Assembly: GCA_017476265.1 (NCBI GenBank)
Contig: JAFVAC010000036.1
Coordinates: 2,345 to 66,344, forward strand
DNA: 64,000 nt
Direction: 5' to 3'
From: Clostridia bacterium
Lineage (GTDB): Bacteria > Bacillota > Clostridia > Christensenellales > DTU072
The position numbers and the translations under genes were made by a program. Each line of letters starts with the position of its first letter. Position 1 is the first letter of the stretch. This document shows, in pieces, positions 1 through 7,653 of this stretch. The notes beneath the pieces are model-generated. The model was given only the letters and a program-made list of their open reading frames with translations, searched no databases and was not told the DNA's origin.

Positions 1-692
1 AAGCACTTCCGTCTTGTCGTCGGCGCGCCGGGACCGTGACGTAGTACGAAAGAAGAGAGAAGGACAGACGATCGGTCTTTCACGCCGACGGCAAAAAGGA
101 CTTCGGGCAAAGAGACGCTCCCCCTTCGGTCGTCGCAGGAATATCCCTGCGGCGACCGTAAACCGCCGCAAAGAATCGGAAAGTCGGGCACACCGACAAG
201 CCGCAACAAAGGTCGTCCAATAGACCAAGAGGAGATCACAAGCCCGTAACAGGCACTGAAAAAAAACGGAAATAAGAGGTATAATGATTTCGCAAGATAG
301 GAGAGAGTGCGTATGAAAAAGAGTTTTAGACTGTTTTTATTTTTTTACTATTCGTTTTATTGACCGTCAGTTTGGGCGGGTGTTTCTTCAAAGAGACCGA
401 GTTTTCCAAAAACCAAAAGAGAATTTTTGAGACAGAATATACAGAGCCTCATCTTTAATAGAGACACTTCGTCGAAAGGGGAACGCAAACGTATATATTT
501 TATCGGAAAATTCAGACGATTTAAGCAATCCGTACATAGATCTTTGTACTGTAACTTCAGACAAAAAATACAACATAACTCGCTTTCCTTTGCGGAGGGC
601 GGGCGTGTGTTCAAGAAAAAGTTCGGAAAGAGGCGTTCAACAAATTTGATAAAATATTTTTTTGACGATTTTATAAAAAACTAAAATACATA

Positions 693-721
693 TTGACAAA
701 AGTGCCTTTGCGTGGTATAAT
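693..721 (+). promoter_or_regulatory. Sigma-A (sigma-70) type promoter candidate upstream of the helicase operon
   Basis: TTGACA at 693-698, a 17-nt spacer, then an extended -10 TGgTATAAT at 713-721. It lies in AT-rich intergenic DNA about 180 nt upstream of ATG 903. Confidence 0.55.
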
Positions 722-902
722 ACGCCCGATGATGGAGGAAAAATTCGAGCGGGAGCCGGGGCGTTTTGTCCTTGGCGAGAGTGTTATCGCGCCGGGCGCG
801 AGTTTTTCCCATCGGAAGAAAGTATAATGTGTCTTATGCGGGTGACCGCACCGAGTGCCGCCGTTTGGCGGCGTGGCGTACAGTCGTTTTTTTGGGGGAA
901 AT

Positions 903-3900
903 ATGAATAACGACCAACAACGTAAGGTAGACGCAATGTGGGAGATGGTGCTTCGGTGTTTGACCGAGGCGCTGAACGGGACGAGAGTGCTGACCGAGAG
1001 TCAGTTCTCGATCATTGATCGTATCGTGACGTCGGAAGAGACGGCGAGACCCACTTCTCACTTGTTGGAGAGGCAAGTCGTAGTCAAGTTCACGACCTAC
1101 AAACTGAAGCTTGCGGACGAAGAAAAGGAGCGTGCGCGCGCGGAGAAGGCTCGTCTGACGGAAGAGGAGCAGGAGCGGCGGCGGCTTCTTGCCGAAGAGC
1201 GCAAGAGGGCGCGGCTGGAGGAAGCCAAGCGGCGGGAGGAGGAGCGGCTCCGGGAGGAGGAAGAACTTCGCCGTCGGGAGGAAGAAGAGGCGCGCAGGGC
1301 GCAAGAGGAGCGGGTCCGTGCGGCGACGTCTATGGACCTGCCGTTGGACTTTGAGAACGCTTTCTCCGACGACGACCGCGTCAAGGACGTGCGAGCCGAG
1401 GACCCTGCGGACGGGCTCTTTTTGTCGTTGCGGAATCTCGGACGGGTGGATATGGAGTATGTGTCCGCCGTCTGCGGCATGCCGCTCAAAGACGTCGTGA
1501 CCGCGCTTAAGGGCGTGGTGTATCAGAACCCGGAGACCTGGGGGGAGTGCTTTTATAAAGGGTGGGAGACGGCTGACGAATATCTGACCGGCGCGCTCAA
1601 ACGGAAGCTGACCGTCGCCAAGTCCGCCAACGTGGTCTACGAAGGGTGGTTCGACGACAACGTGCGCGCGCTCGAAAAGGTCCTCCCGCCGACGGTGCGC
1701 GGAGAGGAGATCTTCGTGACGTTGGGCTCGCCCTGGGTGCCCGCCGACGTCATAGACGAGTTTATTTTGTACCTATTGGGCAAGCCGGTCGGCTACTCCG
1801 CCGATTTTCGGGTGACGCCGCCCTCGTTGCAGGTGCGACACGACGAGTACACGGGCACGTGGGACATCCCGGAAAAGACCCGCTACGTCGGCATGGCGCT
1901 CTCCAATTCCGTCTACGGGATCCCGCGCATGACCGCGCTCAACATCATCGAGCGGACCCTCAATATGAAGACCGTCGTCGTCAAGGACGAGGTGTACGAT
2001 CCGCACCAAAAGAGCAATTTTCGGCGGGTCGTCAACAAGAAGGAGACCGTCGCGGCACTCGAGCGGCAAAAACTCATTCTAGACAAGTTCCGCTCCTGGA
2101 TCTGGACCGACCCGGACCGAAAAAAACGCCTTGAGGAGATCTACGAAGAGAAGTTCGGGTCCTACAAGCGGCGTCGGTTCGACGGGTCTTTTTTGCGCTT
2201 CCCGAATATGAGTCCGAAAGTGAGTCTGTACGACTATCAGAAGGACGCGGTGGCGAGGATCCTCTTTTCGCCCAATACGCTGCTTGCGCACGACGTGGGC
2301 AGTGGCAAGACGTACGTCATGATCGCCGCGGCGATGGAGATGAGGCGGATGGGCGTAGCCAAAAAGAACCTTTTCGTCGTCCCCAACAACATCGTCGGGC
2401 AGTGGAAAGAGATCTTTTTGACGATGTACCCGGACGCCGATCTCTTTATCGTCGAGCCGAAAATATTCTCTCCCGCCAAGCGCAACGAGACTTTGCGCAA
2501 GATCAGGGACGAGGACCACGACGGGATCATCATGGCGTATAGCTGTTTTGATCGGATCCCGCTGTCGCTCAAGGCGAAAAACGAGCAGATCACCGAGGAG
2601 ATGGAGGCGCTCAAACGGCGCAAGGAGTCCATCATGTCCGATACGCACGCCGTGGACCGTCGCATCACCGCCTTAAGCAAGCGTTTTGCCGAACTGTTAC
2701 AGATCAAAGAGGCGCTCAAAGACGTCGTCTGCTTCGACGAATTGGGCGTGGATCGTCTGTATGTGGATGAGGCGCACAATTACAAGAACGTCCCCATCGA
2801 CACGCAGATAGACGTCCTGACCGGCATCAATCCGAACGGCAGCGTCAAATGCCGCGAGATGATGGAAAAAGTCCACTTCGTACAGAAGAAAAACGGGGGC
2901 TCCGGCGTGGTCATGGCGACGGGAACCCCGATCACCAATTCCATCACCGACGCCTATATCTTCCAAAGGTATTTGCAGAGCGGAGAATTGGCTCTGATGG
3001 ACCTTCTCAGTTTCGACGCGTGGGTGGGGATGTTCGCCGAGCGGGCGACGGAGTTCGAGATAGACGTGGACACGTCCTCCTATCGCATGGCGACGCGCTT
3101 TTCTCGCTTTCACAATCTGACCGAACTGACCGCCCTTTTGTCCTCCATCGCCGACTTCCACCGGGTGGAGGGAGAGGCGGACTTGCCCGTCTGCAAGGGG
3201 CGCACGGACGTTTTGGTCAGAAAGACGAAGCCTTTAGCGGACTTTTTGAAGGTCATCTCCAACCGTGCCGACGCCGTCCGCAACGGCAGAGTGCGCATGA
3301 AGGAAGACAATATGCTCAAGATCACGACCGACGGGCGACTGGCGGCGCTGGATCTTCGACTCCTCGATCCCAAGAGTCCTTTTTTGACCGACAGCAAGGT
3401 GGCGTACTGCGCGAAGAACGTCTCCGACATCTGGCACCGCACCGCCAATCTCCGCTCCACGCAGCTCGTATTTTGCGACACGTCCACGCCCAAAGAGGGC
3501 TTCAATATCTACGACGATATGAAGAGGATCTTGACGACGGTCTATCGCGTGCCGGATTTTGAGATCGCGTTCGTCCACGACGCCGACACCGACAAGAAGC
3601 GGGAAGAACTCTTCGAGAAAGTCCGTCGGGGGGAGATCCGCGTCCTGATCGGCTCCACCTTAAAACTGGGTCTCGGCGTCAACGTGCAGGACAGGCTGCT
3701 TGCCGTCCATCACCTCGACGTCCCGTGGCGTCCCGCCGATATGGTTCAGCGGGAAGGGCGCATCATCCGGCAAGGGAACCGCAATAAAGAAGTGTTTGTG
3801 TACCGCTACGTCACCGAAGGCAGCTTCGACGCATATTCTTGGCAACTTTTGGAGACCAAACAACGGTTTATAGGAGCCCTTTTATCAGGTTCTCTGGACG

Positions 3901-4562
3901 TTCGGAGCGAGGACGACGTGGACGGGACGGCGCTGGATTACGGCGAAGTAAAAGCCCTTGCCGTCGGCAATCCGAAGATCAAAAAGCGGGTTGAGACAGA
4001 GAACCGTCTCAACCGCTATCGCATGATGCAGGCGAAGTGGATCGAGCAGAAGGAGTACTTGATGCTCAGGCTCGAGGAGTTGCCCAAAGAGATCGACAAG
4101 CAGAAGACTTTGATCGAGGAGGTGGGCGCGGACGTGGAGTACGTCGAAAATACCGTCCACAGGGTCGGCAACGACGAAAAGCGGGTGCTGAGCGAGCAAC
4201 TGTACGACGCCGTGCTTGAAAACGATATGAAAAACGAGGAGACGGACTACATCGAGTACCGCGGCTTTTTGATCACTCTCCCCGCCAATATGCTCAAGGA
4301 GAGTCCCTTTTTGTATCTCAAGAGGGCGCACCGCTACCGTGTGGAAGTGGGGGCGCGCGCGGGCGTCATCCGACGGGTAGACAACTGCATCGACGAATTG
4401 CGCGGCAGGCTGATAAAGTACGGCATCCGTCTGGACGAACTGACCGAGCAAAAGGCGCAGATCGAGGCGGAACTTCAGAAGGAAGTGGACTATGCCGATC
4501 GGATCGAAGTGTTGAAGCAAGAACTGAAAGAAATCGACAAGGAGTTAAAGATAGACAAATGA
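903..4562 (+). CDS. SNF2/DEAD-like superfamily-2 helicase with an N-terminal Glu/Arg-rich coiled coil
   Basis: The ORF is open 855-4562. ATG 903 is preferred because GGGGGA lies just upstream. Helicase motifs in the translation are AHDVGSGKTY (GSGKT codons 2298-2312), LYVDEAHNYKN (DEAH 2766-2777), MATGTPITNS, IRVLIGSTLKLGLGVNVQ and QREGRIIRQGN. The stop overlaps the next start (ATGA at 4559-4562). Confidence 0.85.
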   Translation: MNNDQQRKVDAMWEMVLRCLTEALNGTRVLTESQFSIIDRIVTSEETARPTSHLLERQVVVKFTTYKLKLADEEKERARAEKARLTEEEQERRRLLAEERKRARLEEAKRREEERLREEEELRRREEEEARRAQEERVRAATSMDLPLDFENAFSDDDRVKDVRAEDPADGLFLSLRNLGRVDMEYVSAVCGMPLKDVVTALKGVVYQNPETWGECFYKGWETADEYLTGALKRKLTVAKSANVVYEGWFDDNVRALEKVLPPTVRGEEIFVTLGSPWVPADVIDEFILYLLGKPVGYSADFRVTPPSLQVRHDEYTGTWDIPEKTRYVGMALSNSVYGIPRMTALNIIERTLNMKTVVVKDEVYDPHQKSNFRRVVNKKETVAALERQKLILDKFRSWIWTDPDRKKRLEEIYEEKFGSYKRRRFDGSFLRFPNMSPKVSLYDYQKDAVARILFSPNTLLAHDVGSGKTYVMIAAAMEMRRMGVAKKNLFVVPNNIVGQWKEIFLTMYPDADLFIVEPKIFSPAKRNETLRKIRDEDHDGIIMAYSCFDRIPLSLKAKNEQITEEMEALKRRKESIMSDTHAVDRRITALSKRFAELLQIKEALKDVVCFDELGVDRLYVDEAHNYKNVPIDTQIDVLTGINPNGSVKCREMMEKVHFVQKKNGGSGVVMATGTPITNSITDAYIFQRYLQSGELALMDLLSFDAWVGMFAERATEFEIDVDTSSYRMATRFSRFHNLTELTALLSSIADFHRVEGEADLPVCKGRTDVLVRKTKPLADFLKVISNRADAVRNGRVRMKEDNMLKITTDGRLAALDLRLLDPKSPFLTDSKVAYCAKNVSDIWHRTANLRSTQLVFCDTSTPKEGFNIYDDMKRILTTVYRVPDFEIAFVHDADTDKKREELFEKVRRGEIRVLIGSTLKLGLGVNVQDRLLAVHHLDVPWRPADMVQREGRIIRQGNRNKEVFVYRYVTEGSFDAYSWQLLETKQRFIGALLSGSLDVRSEDDVDGTALDYGEVKALAVGNPKIKKRVETENRLNRYRMMQAKWIEQKEYLMLRLEELPKEIDKQKTLIEEVGADVEYVENTVHRVGNDEKRVLSEQLYDAVLENDMKNEETDYIEYRGFLITLPANMLKESPFLYLKRAHRYRVEVGARAGVIRRVDNCIDELRGRLIKYGIRLDELTEQKAQIEAELQKEVDYADRIEVLKQELKEIDKELKIDK

Positions 4563-5674
4563 GCGAAGGAAAACTGAACGCCGCCCTGATGACGGTAGAC
4601 AAAGTGGTATCGGTCCTGTCCGACGCCTATGTGAGCGTCCTCGAAAAGGGACTCCCGGCAAAAGCCTTTCCGTCCGTGATGCTCTGGGGCGCGCCGGGCG
4701 TAGGCAAGTCGCAGGCGGTACGGCAGATCGCTGACGAAATCACCTATCGAACCGGCAAAAAGGTCGTGGTGACCGACGTAAGACTCCTCCTATTCAATCC
4801 CATCGACCTGAGGGGCATTCCTACCGCCAACGAGGACAAGACCGAGGCGGTTTGGCTCCGTCCGCAGATCTTCCGTATGGACGGGGGAAAGAACGTGGTC
4901 AACATTCTCTTTTTGGACGAGATCTCGGCGGCGCCGCCCTCGGTACAGGCGGCGGCGTATCAGATCGCCCTGGATCGGACGGTGGGAGAGCATCGCCTCC
5001 CCGACAACTGCATCGTCCTCGCCGCCGGCAATCGCTTGACCGACAAGTCCGTCGCATACAAAATGCCCAAAGCTTTGGCAAACCGCTTTTTGCATATCGA
5101 GGTGGAGCCGAGTTTTTCTTCCTGGAAGAAGTGGGCGATCGGCGCGGGGATCCATCCGACCGTCGTGAGCTTTTTGTCCTTCCGCAGGAACTATCTCATC
5201 GACGAGAGTCCCCTGTCCGAAGCGGTCGCCTATCCCACGCCGCGTAGCTGGGAGATGGTCAGCGACGTATTGAACAACGTCTCCGACGACGTTTCGGTCG
5301 TCTATGACCTGATCGCAGGATTGGTCGGATCCGGGATCGCCGTGGAGTATCGGACGTATCTGAAGATCTTCTCTACGCTCCCCGACGTCGCGGAGATATT
5401 CCGGGGGCGGGAGCCGACCGCGCCGAAAAGTAACGACGCCGTATACGCTCTGGTGGAGGCGATGACGTCCTACGCCCGCGCCCACAAGACCGACTACACC
5501 GCGATAGACCACTCCATTCGCTACGCGTCGAGGTATCTGTCACCCGACTTTTGCGCCGTCCTTTTGCGGAACTACACCTATCTCGAAAAGGACTATGTGA
5601 AAAAACTCTTGCAGATGGAATCCTACCGCAGATGGATGAGCGTCCACGGAAAACTGTTAAACGGAGCGGTCTGA
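4559..5674 (+). CDS. MoxR-like AAA+ ATPase (AAA_5 type)
   Basis: Walker A GAPGVGKS (4688-4711), Walker B ILFLDEI (about 4907-4924), AAGN sensor and ALANRF. The size (371 aa) and single AAA module are typical of MoxR/RavA/NorQ-type ATPases. The start overlaps the helicase stop. Confidence 0.85.
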   Translation: MSEGKLNAALMTVDKVVSVLSDAYVSVLEKGLPAKAFPSVMLWGAPGVGKSQAVRQIADEITYRTGKKVVVTDVRLLLFNPIDLRGIPTANEDKTEAVWLRPQIFRMDGGKNVVNILFLDEISAAPPSVQAAAYQIALDRTVGEHRLPDNCIVLAAGNRLTDKSVAYKMPKALANRFLHIEVEPSFSSWKKWAIGAGIHPTVVSFLSFRRNYLIDESPLSEAVAYPTPRSWEMVSDVLNNVSDDVSVVYDLIAGLVGSGIAVEYRTYLKIFSTLPDVAEIFRGREPTAPKSNDAVYALVEAMTSYARAHKTDYTAIDHSIRYASRYLSPDFCAVLLRNYTYLEKDYVKKLLQMESYRRWMSVHGKLLNGAV

Positions 5675-5770
5675 GTCGCTTGCGGGAACGTAATGGTATT
5701 ATTGCGCAGATTACACGCGAAGTGAAGCAAGCGTATATCGCATATGAAATATATATCGCCAAACAGCTAA

Positions 5771-6161
5771 GAGGGGGAAAATTATGAGGGAGGGGAGAGA
5801 GTTTGAGAGAGGGTTTGGAGCGATAGCCCTCTCTCAATTTTACTCCGTCCAATACGGGTATTGGACGGCAAAATCCACTAATCGGATTTTTAGGGCAGAG
5901 CCCTGAAACGTGCCGGGGTGCTTTTTCGACCGTCATCCTGACCGAGCGAGTGCAACGAGCGCGTGGAAGGATCTCGGGGATGGTTCGACTTCGCCACTCG
6001 TATTTACCGATTATATGTTCTGGTTTGGTCTATGCGTATAAGTCAATACTGTTTTTGGTTTTTGTTTTCCCTCGTCAGTTTGCCCTTTGGGCAAATTGCA
6101 CCATGACGATAGTGCCCCTGCCGTTCGTTCGGTTCCTTTCTTTGCGCTCAAGAAAGGAACG
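5771..6161 (+). repeat. Dispersed hairpin-rich repeat, copy 1 (long form with the 109-nt internal module at 5993-6101)
   Basis: Aligns by eye end to end with the reverse complement of 29231-29617, and with 12193-12486 apart from the module. It contains at least 5 stem-loops, e.g. TTGAGAGAGGG..CCCTCTCTCAA, CCGTCCAATA..TATTGGACGG, AGGGC..GCCCT and GTTCCTTTCTT..AAGAAAGGAAC. Boundaries are accurate to about +/-10 nt. Confidence 0.8.
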
Positions 6162-6200
6162 TATATTACTCCGACAGGGAGAAAGGACTGTGGAGGTCAT

Positions 6201-7544
6201 ATGAACGTCACACAGGAAGAGGTACGGGCGTACGTCCGCAGATTGATCGTCTCGAGGACGAGGCTGCTTGTCAAAAGCGGCTTTTTCGGCTTGCTGTTGA
6301 TGAACGCGACTTTTGCTTTGGACGAGACGTTGACGACGGCGGCGACCGACGGAGAGAAAATCTATTTTTCGCCGACGTTTTTGTCCGGATTGACCGACGA
6401 GCAACTCGACTTCGTGGTCCTGCACGAAGTGATGCACATGGCGCTGTCCCACTGCAAGCGGGGAGAGACATTCGATCAGAGGCTTTTCAATATCGCCTGC
6501 GACATCGTCGTCAACAGCACCATCTTCCGCTCTATGCCGGGTTTGTCCACCGTCCGGGTCTGCGGGGAGGAGCCCATGCGTCTCACGCCCGACGGACGGG
6601 AGGGCGCCGACTTCACCGCGGAAGAGGTCTACGCGATGTTTTTGTCCGACGGACAAAAGAAAAAGGGCAGCCGGGAGAAAACACGGGGCTCGAAGGGCAA
6701 GGGTGATCCCGGCGCGGGCACAAGCGGGTCGGACGGTCAAAGATCGTCCGGAGACCGACAAAAGGGCTCCGGCGAGGGCGTTCGGGAAGAGGCATCAGAT
6801 ATGGACGACGGGCAATTCGACAGTCACGCCAAGTGGCGGGAGGAGGACGATTCCCGCGAGAATGCCGACCTGTGGAGAAAGCGCGTCGCGGACGCCGCCG
6901 AGGCGGTCCTTATTCGTGATCCGACCAATTCACAAGGGGACGTCCCGGCGTTCGCCGCAAGGGTATTGCGCGACTTAAAGGACCCGCAGACCGATTGGCG
7001 CACCGTCCTCAACGACTTTTTGAGCGAGGAGCGGGTGGACTATACCTTTTTCCCGCCCGACCGCAGGACGGACGGACCTTTCTTTTTGCCGGACTTTAAC
7101 GAGTTCGACGTGACGGCGACGGACGTCTTGTTTATGATCGACGCGTCGGCGAGTATGTCGGACGAGATGTTGACGGAGGCGTATTCCGAAGTCAAGGGGG
7201 CGATCGACCGCTTCGGCGGCAGACTCAACGGACTGCTCGGCTTTTTTGACGCGGCGGTCACCGAGCCGAAACCCTTCTGCAACGAGGAGGATTTTTTGAA
7301 GATCAAGCCCTACGGCGGGGGCGGGACGAGCTTCTTTCCCGTGTTCGAGTGGGCGAGAAAGTACGCCGAGGACCATCCTTTGGTCGGGATCGTCGTCTTG
7401 ACCGACGGATACGCGCCCTTTCCCGACGAGTCGATCTCCGGCGGGATCCCCACCGTCTGGGTCGTCAACAACGAAGTGCGCACGCCGCCTTGGGGAAGGG
7501 TCACGCGCATTAAGAGCGGTATAGGGTCCGAAAAGCCGAAATAA
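6201..7544 (+). CDS. Putative zinc-metallopeptidase (HExxH) + von Willebrand factor A (VWA) domain protein, DUF2201-like
   Basis: ATG 6201 is preceded by GGAGG. The longer ORF from 6087 runs into the repeat and was not used. HEVMH lies at 6423-6437. A MIDAS-like DxSxS motif (MIDASASMS) lies at about 7135-7160, followed by a C-terminal VVLTDGYAPFP. A Gly/Ser/Lys-rich low-complexity linker lies at about 6650-6800. Confidence 0.8.
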   Translation: MNVTQEEVRAYVRRLIVSRTRLLVKSGFFGLLLMNATFALDETLTTAATDGEKIYFSPTFLSGLTDEQLDFVVLHEVMHMALSHCKRGETFDQRLFNIACDIVVNSTIFRSMPGLSTVRVCGEEPMRLTPDGREGADFTAEEVYAMFLSDGQKKKGSREKTRGSKGKGDPGAGTSGSDGQRSSGDRQKGSGEGVREEASDMDDGQFDSHAKWREEDDSRENADLWRKRVADAAEAVLIRDPTNSQGDVPAFAARVLRDLKDPQTDWRTVLNDFLSEERVDYTFFPPDRRTDGPFFLPDFNEFDVTATDVLFMIDASASMSDEMLTEAYSEVKGAIDRFGGRLNGLLGFFDAAVTEPKPFCNEEDFLKIKPYGGGGTSFFPVFEWARKYAEDHPLVGIVVLTDGYAPFPDESISGGIPTVWVVNNEVRTPPWGRVTRIKSGIGSEKPK

Positions 7545-7653
7545 AGAAGACCAAAATCAAGAATAATAGTTTTTTCATCGGGAAAGATGATCTTAAAAGA
7601 GGACGGAGACGAATCGTTTGCCAACCGCCTCTTTTTATGATACTATAATAAGT

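Noticed and set aside
2-223. An Arg/Lys-rich reading frame open from the window edge (..RRDRDVVRKKREGQ..GRRRNIP..RRKESESRAH..KVVQ*).
   Set aside because: It could be the basic C-terminal tail of an upstream gene, for example a DEAD-box helicase-like tail. However, codon bias is weaker than in the neighbouring genes, another frame stops at 37-39, and there are no diagnostic motifs. It is too ambiguous to call.
40-240. Short strings reminiscent of RNase P RNA (GAGAGAAGGACAGA, GGAAAGTCGGGC) and a long hairpin CGGTCGTCGCAGG..CCTGCGGCGACCG.
   Set aside because: I could find no matching P4 3' strand or other conserved RNase P, tmRNA, SRP or riboswitch cores by eye. The region may still be a structured RNA, but I cannot support a call. 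An Infernal/Rfam scan would decide.
357-684. ORFs 357-614 (-), 388-576 (-) and 427-684 (+) in the AT-rich intergenic region.
   Set aside because: They have no RBS, an odd composition and mutual overlap. The region looks like promoter or regulatory DNA.
834-1500. Overlapping ORFs 834-1304 (-), 1097-1489 (-) and 1189-1500 (+) across the helicase 5' region.
   Set aside because: They are alternative-frame readings of the GAG/GAA/CGG-rich DNA that encodes the helicase coiled coil. Their products are low-complexity Arg/Ser/Pro strings.
6087-6200. N-terminal extension of the VWA ORF (MGKLHHDDSAPAVRSVPFFALKKG..) and the ORFs 5950-6204, 12029-12298 and 29241-29429 from their annotated alternative starts.
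   Set aside because: These extensions are read from the repeat DNA itself. The VWA gene has a good GGAGG-ATG at 6201. The ORFs inside the repeat run out into unrelated flanking sequence with different C-termini. Only the shorter ATG-initiated mini-ORFs are kept, as low-interest hypotheses.
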